Positions 38,050-47,770 of a DNA stretch of 64,000 bases are shown piece by piece. Under the pieces are notes generated by a model. That model was not told where the DNA came from, did not search any database, and was given only the letters and a program-made list of their open reading frames with translations. Origin of the DNA: Candidatus Dormiibacterota bacterium (GTDB lineage Bacteria; Patescibacteriota; Saccharimonadia; UBA4664; DATLOE01). Position 1 is the first letter of the stretch, and every line of letters begins with the position of its first letter. The stretch spans positions 6,899-70,898 of the forward strand of contig DATLOE010000006.1 in NCBI GenBank assembly GCA_035536395.1, given 5' to 3'. A program made the translations under genes and the position numbers.

Positions 38050-39158
38050 TGAGGCAGCTCAAAGTTGCGATAGTTCATGACTGGATGGTTTCGCCAGGAG
38101 GCGCCGAGAAGGTTGTGCTGGAGCTTCACAAAATATGGCCCAAGGCACCGATATATACTGCTGCTTATGAGCCGAGCAAGTTTCCCGAATTTGCGGATGC
38201 GGATGTGCGACCTACTTGGCTAAACCGCATAAAACTAGCAAAAACTAAACATCAACTATTCACAATCCCCAGAGCATGGGCTTTTAAAACACTTAATTTG
38301 TCGGATTATGATTTGGTAATCTCCTCGTCCAGTGCGGAATCTAAATATGTTAAAACTGGTCCCAGCACAGCCCATATTTGCTACTGCCATACGCCCGTAC
38401 GCTACTATTGGAGCGATTACGACTGGTATCGCAAGCATCCGCCTTTCGGCAAGCTCAACCCTCTTGCTGGGCTGGTACTCCCGTTTCTAATTGGCACTTT
38501 GCGCAGAATGGACTACAAAGCGGCCCAAAAGGTCGATTATTATCTAGCAAATTCAGCAAATGTGCAGGCGCGTATTAAGCGCTACTATGGCCGCGACTCT
38601 GAGGTTGTATACCCCCCCATTGAAACTGGCAGTTTTACAAAACCACGCACCCCAAAGGACTACTACTTAATAGTGGGGCGGCAAGTGGCTTATAAGCGTC
38701 TGGATCTGGCCGTGGATGCCTTTAATAAACTGGGGTTGAAGCTGAAAGTTGCAGGATCGGGTGAGGAAATAAACCGGCAGAAAGCCCGATCCAAGCCCAA
38801 TATTGAGTATCTCGGTTTTGTTAGCGGAGATGAACTGGCCGATCTTTACGCCGGGGCTAAGGGTTTTATTTTCCCGCCCGAAGAAGACTTTGGTATAGCA
38901 CCGGTTGAGGCAATGTCGGCCGGCTGCCCCGTAATTGCCTATGCTAAGGGCGGTGCACTGGAGTATGTTATTGAAGGGGAGACAGGGGTTTTATTTAAAA
39001 AACAGACCCCGCAGGACCTGATTGATGCAGTTAAGCGCTTGCAAGGCATTAAGTTTGACGAGAAGAAGATCAGGCGTCATGCCAAACAGTTCGATAGAAA
39101 AGTATTTATAAAAAAAATAAGAGACTTTGTTTCTAAAGTCTCAGTTTCTGTTAGCTAA
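38046..39158 (+). CDS. GT4-family glycosyltransferase
   Basis: The GT-B C-terminal motif EDFGIAPVEAMSAGCPVIA (E-x7-E). ATGA coupling to the upstream gene. Confidence 0.75.
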   Translation: MMRQLKVAIVHDWMVSPGGAEKVVLELHKIWPKAPIYTAAYEPSKFPEFADADVRPTWLNRIKLAKTKHQLFTIPRAWAFKTLNLSDYDLVISSSSAESKYVKTGPSTAHICYCHTPVRYYWSDYDWYRKHPPFGKLNPLAGLVLPFLIGTLRRMDYKAAQKVDYYLANSANVQARIKRYYGRDSEVVYPPIETGSFTKPRTPKDYYLIVGRQVAYKRLDLAVDAFNKLGLKLKVAGSGEEINRQKARSKPNIEYLGFVSGDELADLYAGAKGFIFPPEEDFGIAPVEAMSAGCPVIAYAKGGALEYVIEGETGVLFKKQTPQDLIDAVKRLQGIKFDEKKIRRHAKQFDRKVFIKKIRDFVSKVSVSVS

Positions 39159-39515
39159 CTATTTAGCTTGGTGCTTAGTAACGTGTTCCACAACAGCCTT
39201 AAAAGCGGCTGGCTGGCTAACAGCTAGTTCGCTTAGGATTTTACGGTCCAGTGTTACACCGGATTTCTTCATTAGACCCATGAACTTGCTATAAGTTATT
39301 CCTGTTTCACGTAGCCCGGCATTGATACGCACAATCCAGAGTGAGCGGAAGTCGCGTTTTTTAGTCCGTCGGTCGCGGTAGGCGTAAGAAAGCGCCTTCA
39401 GCACTGCCTCACGGGCTTTTTTAATACTGGCACGCCGCATATGGCTCATACCTTTGGTTTGAGCCCGCAGTTTCTTATGTTTTTTGTGGGAGGCTACGCC
39501 CCGTTTAACTCTCAT
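39159..39515 (-). CDS. rplT: 50S ribosomal protein L20
   Basis: MRVKRGVASHKKHKKLRAQTKG... Confidence 0.85.
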   Translation of the reverse strand: MRVKRGVASHKKHKKLRAQTKGMSHMRRASIKKAREAVLKALSYAYRDRRTKKRDFRSLWIVRINAGLRETGITYSKFMGLMKKSGVTLDRKILSELAVSQPAAFKAVVEHVTKHQAK

Positions 39516-39518
39516 AAA

Positions 39519-39719
39519 TTACTTATACTTTCCTAGCATCTTTTTAATATTGGCAGCATCGCCCTGAGAAACTTCGAACTCTTTAACGTATGTACGCTTA
39601 GTCTTGGTTTGCTTATGACCAAGGAGGTGACTACGATATGCCTTCCGGCGCAGCATCTTGCCGCCAGCCGAAAGTTTAATCCGCTTAGCCATTCCTTTAT
39701 GAGTTTTGAGTTTTGGCAT
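39519..39719 (-). CDS. rpmI: 50S ribosomal protein L35
   Basis: MPKLKTHKGMAKRIKLSAGGKMLRRKAYRSH. The track ORF is 5 codons longer. Confidence 0.85.
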   Translation of the reverse strand: MPKLKTHKGMAKRIKLSAGGKMLRRKAYRSHLLGHKQTKTKRTYVKEFEVSQGDAANIKKMLGKYK

Positions 39720-40227
39720 CTTTCTTACTTCCAATTACTGTGCTTATTTCCCGGCCCGATAGGGGGTTGGTCTGTTCGACCTCAGCTATATCGGATAGAG
39801 CTTCAATGACCCGGCTGATAATAGCCAGGCCGAGGTCAGGATGGGTAATTTCCCGTCCGCGGAATAATACGCTAATTTTAACTTTATGACCAGACTCTAA
39901 AAATTTACGGGCTCGGTCAAGCTTAACATTAAAGTCATGATCACCGATTTTTAATCCAAACCGCACCTGTTTAATCTCTACCTGTTTTTGATTCTTACGG
40001 CTTTTTTGGATCTGCTTAGTCTGTTCATAGCGGTATTTGCCCCAATCCAGAATTTTAACCACTGGGGGTTTGGCATTGGGTGCGATTTCAACTAGGTCAT
40101 ACCCAGCTGCTTCCGCGCGCTCCAGGGCTTCTTGCAAACTGACAACACCAGCCTGATTACCTTCGAGATCGACTAATCTGACCTCAGGGGCAGTGATCTC
40201 TCGGTTGAGGCGGGTTTTGTGAGCTAT
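39697..40227 (-). CDS. infC: Translation initiation factor IF-3, with probable non-canonical (ATA) initiation
   Basis: The reading frame continues upstream of the track's TTG with IAHKTRLNREITAPEVRLVDLEGNQAGVVSLQEALE, a typical IF3 N-domain. An AAGGAGA RBS lies 7 nt before the ATA codon at 40227. Confidence 0.7.
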   Translation of the reverse strand: MAHKTRLNREITAPEVRLVDLEGNQAGVVSLQEALERAEAAGYDLVEIAPNAKPPVVKILDWGKYRYEQTKQIQKSRKNQKQVEIKQVRFGLKIGDHDFNVKLDRARKFLESGHKVKISVLFRGREITHPDLGLAIISRVIEALSDIAEVEQTNPLSGREISTVIGSKKDAKTQNS

Positions 40228-40296
40228 TACAGGTCTCCTTAAGCTAACCCGAGTCTAACAGATGAGCCTCTTCTGGTCAATAAGTTACAAAAAGGC

Positions 40297-41172
40297 TTAA
40301 TTTTTGAAGTTTCCGGACTGTTTTTCGGTAATAAACCGTATGCGTCTGTCGGTCAGGCGAATTACAATCGGAGTTTTACCGGCCAGATTGCCGTCTATCA
40401 TTACTTGTGTTTCGGGGTTAATTTCGATGACAGCCCGATCGGCTTTGACTCTGGTGCTAATATTCTCCAATCTACCAGGAGTTTTCTTCAGCAGCTGCCA
40501 GGCATAATTTGTGAGATCCCAGCGCGAAGGTTTTTCGGTTAGGCTAATGATTAGTTTATTGTCGGCCAGAGGGTTGTCGAACTTTTGATTGGCAACGGTC
40601 AGGCTGAAGAGGGGGGATGTAAGTTCATATTTACTATCAACCGTAATCTTGCACTTTAGTGGCTTAAAATTTTTGGCTTGGTCGAAACTGGTCTTAAACT
40701 GTTTAATCTTGTCTTTCAAACCTTCCTTGGAGCCATTTTCCGCCCGATCTTCCAGCTGGGTTTCAAAGCCCAGCACCAAGGTCGATAAAAAGAATTTTTG
40801 TCCGGCGGCAATTAGTCCGTAGCTTGTAATTCGGCGGGCGGCCAGCACCTCACAGGCCTGTTGCCAATCATGGATACCCAAATGACCCGCCAGCAGGTTA
40901 GAACTACCGGTTGGAATAATGCCTATGGCAGTATTATTCTCTCGGCTTATACCATTAATAACTTCATTCACCGTATCATCTCCGCCGACAGCCACAATGG
41001 TATTCATTCCCTTTTTTACAGCCAGCTCCGCTATTTTGGCGGCATCGCCAGGGCCGGTAGTCTTAGCAAACTCTCCACTAATACCCAGCTCTGTTAGCCT
41101 GCTTCTTAGCTTGTCCTGAATGTTATTAATCGCCCCTTTACCAGCGGCTGGATTGATGATGTAGTAGTACAT
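40297..41172 (-). CDS. Diacylglycerol kinase catalytic-domain lipid kinase (YegS/DagK family)
   Basis: MYYYIINPAAGKG...IVAVGGDDTVNEV. Confidence 0.75.
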   Translation of the reverse strand: MYYYIINPAAGKGAINNIQDKLRSRLTELGISGEFAKTTGPGDAAKIAELAVKKGMNTIVAVGGDDTVNEVINGISRENNTAIGIIPTGSSNLLAGHLGIHDWQQACEVLAARRITSYGLIAAGQKFFLSTLVLGFETQLEDRAENGSKEGLKDKIKQFKTSFDQAKNFKPLKCKITVDSKYELTSPLFSLTVANQKFDNPLADNKLIISLTEKPSRWDLTNYAWQLLKKTPGRLENISTRVKADRAVIEINPETQVMIDGNLAGKTPIVIRLTDRRIRFITEKQSGNFKN

Positions 41173-41564
41173 TAGTCTTCAGCAGGCTCTTTGTTTGTGG
41201 CTTCTGTCTGTGTTTGAGCTGGCTTCATTTTGCTATTACCGATAAATATACCACCGCGCTCTATGCTTAAGAGAGAGGCGGTAATGTCACCGGCTACTTG
41301 CCCAGTGGCTGTAATAGTAGCTCCTTCGGTAGCCTGAATGTCTCCCTTTTGCTGCCCGGCTATTGTGATGTTTTGCCCAGCAACATCACCTGCTATTTGA
41401 GCATTGACTCCAATTGTCACATCGCGGGCCGATTTTACATTGCCTTCCAGGTGGCCGTCTATTAAAATATCACCCTCACTGGCTAAATTACCTTTGAGCC
41501 GAACATTAGCGCCGATAATAGTATCTGTTTCGGTAACTCCTAATAAATCATGTTTTTTTGGCAT
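41172..41564 (-). CDS. Bactofilin
   Basis: Repetitive beta-helical segments such as GDILIDGHLEGNVKSARDVTIGVNAQIAGDV are typical of CcmA/bactofilin. Confidence 0.7.
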   Translation of the reverse strand: MPKKHDLLGVTETDTIIGANVRLKGNLASEGDILIDGHLEGNVKSARDVTIGVNAQIAGDVAGQNITIAGQQKGDIQATEGATITATGQVAGDITASLLSIERGGIFIGNSKMKPAQTQTEATNKEPAED

Positions 41565-42045
41565 CTGATTTCTCCTTACTGTGCGGCTTTCTTTTTGAGG
41601 CCTGTTTAAGTGCTTTTAATTCTTCCTCGGCGAGGGCATGCTTACTTTTACCGTAATCAATTGGTTTTACATATACCCGTGTACCGGTTCGGCTGTGGAT
41701 GCTAGTTATGACATAGCCGGAATCATGTGCATCCAGGACCGCCAGCACAAAGCTTTGATCCCCACCGGTATCACCAAATGGATTGAACCTCACAATCGAA
41801 ATTTTTTGCGATGACAGGCTTTGGGATTCGGCTAATTGGCGGTAGAGAGTGTCGAGTTTTTTCAGGTGGGATTCGGTTGAATTAACCGATTGAAAATATT
41901 TGGCCAATGTCTTTTCCAGCTCACCGCCCTCGGTTGTAAATGCAGCATTAAATCGCTGGCGCAGCCTGATAGTTTGCCATACCGCGAAGGCTGCTGTAGC
42001 AATACTTGCACCGCTGATTAGCCAAATTGTATTAACGTTCTCCAC
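41548..42045 (-). CDS. Hypothetical membrane-anchored protein
   Basis: 165 aa with an N-terminal TM helix. Apparently in an operon with bactofilin, with overlapping ends. Confidence 0.4.
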   Translation of the reverse strand: MENVNTIWLISGASIATAAFAVWQTIRLRQRFNAAFTTEGGELEKTLAKYFQSVNSTESHLKKLDTLYRQLAESQSLSSQKISIVRFNPFGDTGGDQSFVLAVLDAHDSGYVITSIHSRTGTRVYVKPIDYGKSKHALAEEELKALKQASKRKPHSKEKSDAKKT

Positions 42046-42119
42046 GCCAAACAGTATAGTGTGTGGGGCAAACTCTCTGCAACTGCAGCCAGCCCCAGTT
42101 GTGTTAAAATTAGTCTATT

Positions 42120-42356
42120 ATGGCTAGAAAAACCAAGCGCAAAAAAAGTAAAAAACAGAAGCGCCAGGAACTTAGTACAGTTGTACCGCCGGCTATGCCA
42201 GCCGTGCAAGCCAGCGAGGAGCCGCCGCAATCGCTTGAACTTCCCACAGACCACAAGCTAAGTTATGTGAAGACCGACATTAAAAGGATAGTGTGGTTAC
42301 TGGCCACCGCTATCATTCTGCAAATAACTATTTGGTACGCCTTTCAACTACAGTAG
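42120..42356 (+). CDS. Small basic hypothetical protein with a C-terminal TM helix
   Basis: 78 aa. The Lys/Arg-rich N-terminus suggests nucleic-acid or ribosome association. Support is weak. Confidence 0.3.
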   Translation: MARKTKRKKSKKQKRQELSTVVPPAMPAVQASEEPPQSLELPTDHKLSYVKTDIKRIVWLLATAIILQITIWYAFQLQ

Positions 42357-43853
42357 TCAGAGTTTTGGCCGATACTGCAAAGCTTCAGCCAGGTGGCAGG
42401 TTTGTATATTCTGGCTTCCTGACAGATCGGCTATGGTTCGGGCTACCCTTAAAACTCTCATATACGACCTAGCTGATAAATTCAGACTGGAGAGCGCTTG
42501 GCGTTCCAGGCGGCGGCCTTCTTCATCCAGTTGGCAGTGGGTCTTAATTTGAGCATTATCCATACCTGCGTTGATGTTGGCAGATTTTAGGCGCTTGGCT
42601 TGAATGAGCCTGGCAGTATGTACTCGTTCGGCTACAGACTTGCTTGGTTCGGCGGTTGCTTTAGCAATCATACTTTCTTGTTCGACCGGCGCCACATCTA
42701 CGAATAGATCGACCCTGTCTAGTAGCGGGCCGGAGACCTTCTTGCTGTATCGTGCTACTTGTGCCGGGCTACAGACACATTCCCGCTTAGCATCGCCAGC
42801 ATAGCCGCAGGGGCAGGGGTTCTGGGTGGCTACCAACATAAATCGGGCCGGATAGGTGATAGAACCAGAAGCTCTAGCAATACTTACCACACCGTCTTCT
42901 AAGGGCTGGCGCAGCACCTCCAGTACATGGCGGGGGAATTCCGGCAGCTCGTCGAGGAAGAGTACTCCCCGGTGGCTCAGACTGATCTCGCCTGGCTTAG
43001 GCCAAGTGCCGCCGCCAATCAGAGCTACATCGCTGGCCGTGTGGTGAGGGTTTCGGAAAGGCCTTTGATAGCCCGCCTCAGCCGACAGACCGGCTAGGCT
43101 ATATAACTCAGCGATTTCGATTGTTTCTTCTAAGCTTGGTGCAGGTAGGAGCCCGGCCAAGGCTCTGGCTAGCAAGGTCTTGCCGGTGCCGGGAGGGCCG
43201 GAGAGCAGAATATTATGGCCGCCCGCCGCCGCTACTTCAATAGCTCGCTTGGCTTGGTTCTGGCCGTAAATATCTTGCATATCGACAGCCGGTTTAGCCT
43301 GAGCTTTAACCTTCCTAGCAGAGCCGGAATAGGGCTTTACTGCCTCTTCTTTCGCCAAGTGCCGGTACAGCTGCCGCAAGGACTTAAGGGGGTAGAGGGT
43401 TAACCCTTCCACTAAAGAAGCCTCCTGAATGTTAGCTTCGGGTACGAATATCTCAGATATACCGCTGATTTTGGCTAGCCGTACTGCCGAGAGTACGCCC
43501 TTGGTGGAGCGCACCGAACCATCCAGTGCCAGCTCTCCTGTAAAGAGATAATCGTTTGGGTCTATACTGAGCTGTTCGCTGGCTGTGAGTATAGCAACAG
43601 CAATACTCAGGTCATAAGCCGTGCCGTCTTTAGGCAGGTCGGCCGGAGCAAGATTAAGGGTAATGCGCTTGGGGGGCAGAAATAGGCCACTGTTCTTAAT
43701 AGCGCTGCGTACGCGATCTTTGGCTTCGGCTACGGCTTTATCTCCTAGACCTACTACCGTAAAGGAGGGGAGGCCGCTGGCCAGATCGCACTCCACATCG
43801 ATGAGTTGTCCTTTTACACCTATACAGGTTGGGGCGAGCACTTTAGCTGGCAT
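42357..43853 (-). CDS. YifB/ComM-family Mg-chelatase-like AAA+ ATPase
   Basis: Lon-like N-domain, Walker A GPPGTGKT, and a C-terminal Mg_chelatase_C region. A GGAGA RBS precedes the MPAKVLAP start. Confidence 0.8.
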   Translation of the reverse strand: MPAKVLAPTCIGVKGQLIDVECDLASGLPSFTVVGLGDKAVAEAKDRVRSAIKNSGLFLPPKRITLNLAPADLPKDGTAYDLSIAVAILTASEQLSIDPNDYLFTGELALDGSVRSTKGVLSAVRLAKISGISEIFVPEANIQEASLVEGLTLYPLKSLRQLYRHLAKEEAVKPYSGSARKVKAQAKPAVDMQDIYGQNQAKRAIEVAAAGGHNILLSGPPGTGKTLLARALAGLLPAPSLEETIEIAELYSLAGLSAEAGYQRPFRNPHHTASDVALIGGGTWPKPGEISLSHRGVLFLDELPEFPRHVLEVLRQPLEDGVVSIARASGSITYPARFMLVATQNPCPCGYAGDAKRECVCSPAQVARYSKKVSGPLLDRVDLFVDVAPVEQESMIAKATAEPSKSVAERVHTARLIQAKRLKSANINAGMDNAQIKTHCQLDEEGRRLERQALSSLNLSARSYMRVLRVARTIADLSGSQNIQTCHLAEALQYRPKL

Positions 43854-43980
43854 TTTATTTCTCCGCCGCCCGTTAATTAGTAATAAAACGATGTTAGCGA
43901 ACAAAAAGCGAACTGTCAAATGTCTTATGTTGTCAATGCTTATTTACAAATGCTACAAATCAGCGTACAATCTATAAGCT

Positions 43981-44781
43981 ATGAATGAAGAACTGGTAAA
44001 ACAAGTAGAAGATCTCGGCCTGAGCAACAAGGAAGCCCGGGTTTATCTAGCCAACCTAATGCTTGGCCCTTCTGGCGTGCAGCAGATAGCAGAAGCCGCA
44101 GGTATAAAGCGGGTTACTACCTACGTTATACTCGAATCTTTAGTCGGCCTGGGGCTGGTCAGCCAGACTACCCATGCCAAAAAAACTTTATTTAATGCGG
44201 AAGACCCTCAACATCTCAGCCGTCTACTGGAGAAGAGGGAGGAAGCGCTTAAGGAGCAGAAGCAGAACCTTAGCGAATTGCTGCCAGATATAAAGAAGCT
44301 TAAATCGCTTTCTAAAGATGTTCCAGCAGTAAAATTTTATGAAGGTGCAGAGAGTATGATGACTATTTATAAGTCTTTGCCTCTCGTTTTTAAAAAATAC
44401 AATGTTAAGGAAAGTTTCGGTATCAGCAATTTGGATCAACTATATGCTTCCTTTCCTGAGATAAAAGATGCCCAGGCTAACCCCTCTCGTGTTGATGCCA
44501 AAGTAAAGAGCAGATTTATTTACACCACTAAAGAAGGACCAATTATTAAAGAATCAGATTCGGTCGCAATACGCGAATCAAGGTTTGTGCCTTTAGATAA
44601 ATTCCCCTTCAATTGTGACATTGGTATAGTGGGGGATTTTATCTCGGTCATGTCACTTGAAACACCACGGCCAATGGGAATTACTATTGAAAGCGCAGCT
44701 CTGGCTAAGGGGTTCAAGGCTGTGTTTGAGCTGGCCTGGGAAGGCGCTGAAAAGTATGATAAAGAAAATAAGAGTAAGTAA
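43981..44781 (+). CDS. TrmB-family transcriptional regulator
   Basis: The N-terminal wHTH LGLSNKEARVYLANLMLGPSGVQQIAEAAGIKRVTTY is typical of TrmB. TACAAT lies 9 nt upstream of the ATG. Confidence 0.6.
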   Translation: MNEELVKQVEDLGLSNKEARVYLANLMLGPSGVQQIAEAAGIKRVTTYVILESLVGLGLVSQTTHAKKTLFNAEDPQHLSRLLEKREEALKEQKQNLSELLPDIKKLKSLSKDVPAVKFYEGAESMMTIYKSLPLVFKKYNVKESFGISNLDQLYASFPEIKDAQANPSRVDAKVKSRFIYTTKEGPIIKESDSVAIRESRFVPLDKFPFNCDIGIVGDFISVMSLETPRPMGITIESAALAKGFKAVFELAWEGAEKYDKENKSK

Positions 44782-44795
44782 GTTAAAACTTGTAG

Positions 44796-44824
44796 TTGAC
44801 TTTAAGCCGTAATAGGAGTACAAT
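44796..44824 (+). promoter_or_regulatory. Consensus sigma70 promoter (-35 TTGACT, 17-nt spacer, -10 TACAAT) driving a non-coding transcript
   Basis: ttgactttaagccgtaataggagtacaat. Confidence 0.6.
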
Positions 44825-44829
44825 CGGTT

Positions 44830-45277
44830 TTGTCTCTTTGGCATCGGCCTATGGTTTATGCCAAAAGAAGTGCAGTACAAAAAGCTTCTTCGCCCCGTCG
44901 AAGAAGCCGACCAGGCAAGGAGAGTGGGATGCCATGTTCGGTCTGTAGATCGACACGCACATGGCGCCCCCGCTGAAAGCGGTTTCTTCACGGCTACCTA
45001 GCTGTAGTTCCGCTTCGGCGGGGCGTCAAAGACTTCTTCTGCCTATGCTGTCGCTTAGGAGTGACGCCCCGCGCGTCAGCTAAGGGAAGAAGACAGGGAA
45101 TCCTGAGCATGGACTGCCGGGCCAAGGATTGGCTCGAGAGTCACCTCAGGAACCCATTGCACCGAGCGGCGCCGGGGATCGGTCCCAAGGACTTTGTCCA
45201 AAAGACCGTCCCCGGCCACGCTTCTCAACTTTGAGCTTTTAGCTCTCAGTAACCTCCAGTTCTGCTGGAGGTTTTTC
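44830..45277 (+). ncRNA. Candidate structured ncRNA of unknown family, about 450 nt
   Basis: A promoter lies upstream, and the intrinsic terminator cctccagttctgctggaggttttt lies at 45253-45276. It contains GC-rich hairpins with GAAA and UUCG tetraloops (cccgctgaaagcgg, ccgcttcggcgg) but no credible ORF. Confidence 0.45.
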
Positions 45278-45331
45278 AATATAAGCTCCTTGGACCGGTT
45301 TAGTCTATCGGCTCTGGATATATCAGGGTTT

Positions 45332-46639
45332 TTACTTTTTAGGCAGGCGCGCAGGTAGTCTAAACCGTCTTTTAGGCGGTTTTTTAGCGTTAATATGGCC
45401 CTTTAGTACCGTTTCATACAGTCTGGCCAGTTGCTTGGCTTGGCGCTCGGCAGAGTACTTAGCCGCAAGCTTAATGCTGGCTTCACCCATATCCTGGCGC
45501 AGCCGATCGTTCGTCAGCACCTGGCTGAGTCTTCGGGCAAAGCTGCGCGCGTTATTACGGGAGAATAGACCATTAACCTTATCTATAACTACATTAGTGA
45601 TGTCGTGATCGATCATAACAATCGGCAATCCGGCCCAAGCCGCTTCCTGGATAACCAGGCCTTGGGTGTCGGTGGTGGAAGGGAAGGCAAAGACGGTGGC
45701 TACCTTATAGGCTGCCCCCAGCCGACTTCTTTCTATTCGGCCGGTAAATACGACGCGATCGGCTACACCCAGGTTCTTAGCCTGCCTCACCAGCTTGTCC
45801 TGCTTCTCGTGGCGGCCGATTAATACCAGCTTAGCCTTAGGGTGGCTGGGCGCAATTATAGCAAAGGCGGTAATTAACAGATCCACGCTTTTTTCATCTC
45901 CCAGCCGGCCGACGAAGAGGATTACCTGATCGCTCTCTTTTAACCCATATCTCTCACGGAACAGCTTAGCAGCCCTAGTGGTCGTAGTAATTTTGTCAAC
46001 ACCTGTCGGTAAAACCCTGATTAAAGACTTGGTTTTCCACGATCGCAGCTGCTGCTCGATTTTGATAGAGGGTACAATAACCCGATCACAATAGTTATGC
46101 AGCATAGTAATGCCTTTAACGATTATTTTCTGATTCCAGGCATCCACATTACGTTCCGGCTTTATGCTGCTTAGAGCAAATCGTAGGTCGTCCATTTTGC
46201 CCCCGGTAATTAAAGGGGAAAGCATAGAAAGGGCAATCGCGCCAGGCAAGACCTGGGGGTAGTAAGTAACGTACTCATATAAGTCTGAGTGATAGGTGGT
46301 AACAAGGGGTTTGCGGTTGTGTATGGCGTAGTAGGCTCCTAGTAGGCCGATTTGGCCAGGGGTATGGTAATGCACGATGTCAGGGTTTATCTTTTTTATC
46401 TTCAGCAGAGCCTGCGGGGGGAAGAATATACTAGTCAGATAGTCATCGAATACCAGGCCCTTGACTGCCGGAAACCTAAGGATGTTAGGGGATTTCTCCT
46501 TATAACGAAGCCCAGGAGCCGGGGCGATCACGTGAACCTCGTGGCCCAGCTTTTCCAGCTCAACCCGAAAAGTCTCTATGGAGTAAGCTACTCCATCAGC
46601 TCTGGGCAGGTATGAATCTGTGAAAAAAGCTATTTTCAT
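45332..46639 (-). CDS. GT4-family glycosyltransferase
   Basis: MKIAFFTDSYLPRADGVAYSIETF... The GT-B fold has the C-terminal E-x7-E region. Confidence 0.75.
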   Translation of the reverse strand: MKIAFFTDSYLPRADGVAYSIETFRVELEKLGHEVHVIAPAPGLRYKEKSPNILRFPAVKGLVFDDYLTSIFFPPQALLKIKKINPDIVHYHTPGQIGLLGAYYAIHNRKPLVTTYHSDLYEYVTYYPQVLPGAIALSMLSPLITGGKMDDLRFALSSIKPERNVDAWNQKIIVKGITMLHNYCDRVIVPSIKIEQQLRSWKTKSLIRVLPTGVDKITTTTRAAKLFRERYGLKESDQVILFVGRLGDEKSVDLLITAFAIIAPSHPKAKLVLIGRHEKQDKLVRQAKNLGVADRVVFTGRIERSRLGAAYKVATVFAFPSTTDTQGLVIQEAAWAGLPIVMIDHDITNVVIDKVNGLFSRNNARSFARRLSQVLTNDRLRQDMGEASIKLAAKYSAERQAKQLARLYETVLKGHINAKKPPKRRFRLPARLPKK

Positions 46640-47652
46640 TTACTAGCTATTAGTTGTCGGTATAGTCTGCATAGTTGCTTGGCTCCGCTGGCATTATCGA
46701 ACTTGGTGGCAATTGCGCGTGATAACTCAACTGCCTCCCTATAGTATACCTGGTTGTCGTGAAGGCGTTGCACTATATGCGCAAAGGTCTTGTCTGTGCC
46801 GCGAAGAATATCTTGGCCAAAGTTAGAATCGTAAGAGGGGATATCTCTAACGACAATAGGCAGGCCGGCGGCGGCGGCTTCTAGTACAGCTAATGGGTGT
46901 CCTTCCCGATTGGAGGGCATAATAAACACATCGGCAGCCCAGTAGTACTGCTTGACCTCGCTATGCTCAAGGGGGCCAATAGTACTCATATTTGCTGGCT
47001 GCTTGTGCGTAAGCTCTAGCATATCCTTATAACTGGCACTTAGGTGTTTGAACGGCGTACCGCCAATCCAAATGAATCTGAAGCCCGGAAACTGCTTTGC
47101 AAGACTCAAAAAGCTCTCATACCGCTTGGTGGGGTTAATCTGCCCGACAGACAGTACGATGAAGTCAGTGGATCCAAGCCCCAGCTTTTGCCGGGCCAGC
47201 CGCTTACCATCTTTCGCCGGTTTATATTGGGCTGTATCGACCGTATTGGGTATTACGGTAATCTTATCTGACTTTATTCCAAGCTTTCTAATCAAGCTTT
47301 GCTCTACTTCTTCCGATATCGCTATGATTTTGTCTGCGCGGTTGTAGAAAAATTTTAGGTACCAAGCCGCCAGACGATACCAGTACTTAGCTCCGGCTAC
47401 CGTTCCCACGAAAGCGTCTGGCACAACGTGGGCCGTTACGACCTTTTTGTTGCCACCCAACACGAGCGCCACTAGGCCGTACGGGCCAGTAGTGTGCACG
47501 TGCGTAATGTCAGCGGATCCCAGTTGGTTAACTCTAACCAGGACATCATTACGCTCACCCAGGGCCAGTACATGCTCTCTAAAGGCTGTATCGACCCCAT
47601 GCCCACCAATAGAAAAGGCCGATTCAGAAATAATATTTACTTTCAGTTTCAT
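46636..47652 (-). CDS. GT4-family glycosyltransferase
   Basis: 338 aa GT-B. NREGHPLAVLEAAAAGLPIV. Confidence 0.7.
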   Translation of the reverse strand: MKLKVNIISESAFSIGGHGVDTAFREHVLALGERNDVLVRVNQLGSADITHVHTTGPYGLVALVLGGNKKVVTAHVVPDAFVGTVAGAKYWYRLAAWYLKFFYNRADKIIAISEEVEQSLIRKLGIKSDKITVIPNTVDTAQYKPAKDGKRLARQKLGLGSTDFIVLSVGQINPTKRYESFLSLAKQFPGFRFIWIGGTPFKHLSASYKDMLELTHKQPANMSTIGPLEHSEVKQYYWAADVFIMPSNREGHPLAVLEAAAAGLPIVVRDIPSYDSNFGQDILRGTDKTFAHIVQRLHDNQVYYREAVELSRAIATKFDNASGAKQLCRLYRQLIASK

Positions 47653-47725
47653 ATAATAATCGCGGTTTTATAACAAGAAATTAGGCACTGGGCTATATTG
47701 TACTAAAAATTATAGTAATAAAACA

Positions 47726-47760
47726 AAAACCGGAGGCTAGCTGCCTCCGGTTGCAGTAGA
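47726..47760. terminator. Rho-independent terminator, usable in both directions
   Basis: aaaaaccggaggctagctgcctccggtt. Confidence 0.65.
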
Positions 47761-47770
47761 ACCGCACTAA

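Noticed and set aside
44830-45277. Identification of the ~450-nt transcript as SRP RNA or a cobalamin riboswitch
   Set aside because: It lacks the GGAAGGAAGCAGC helix-8 motif of SRP RNA and a B12 box (GCCACUG). The partial similarities to AAGGGAA are not convincing, and no downstream gene exists for a riboswitch.
44653-45279. Minus-strand ORFs 44653-44991 and 45076-45279 in the candidate ncRNA region
   Set aside because: No RBS, and they overlap hairpin-dense sequence bounded by a plus-strand promoter and terminator. A 43-aa basic plus-strand ORF (MVYAKRS...) also lacks an RBS. I treat the region as non-coding.
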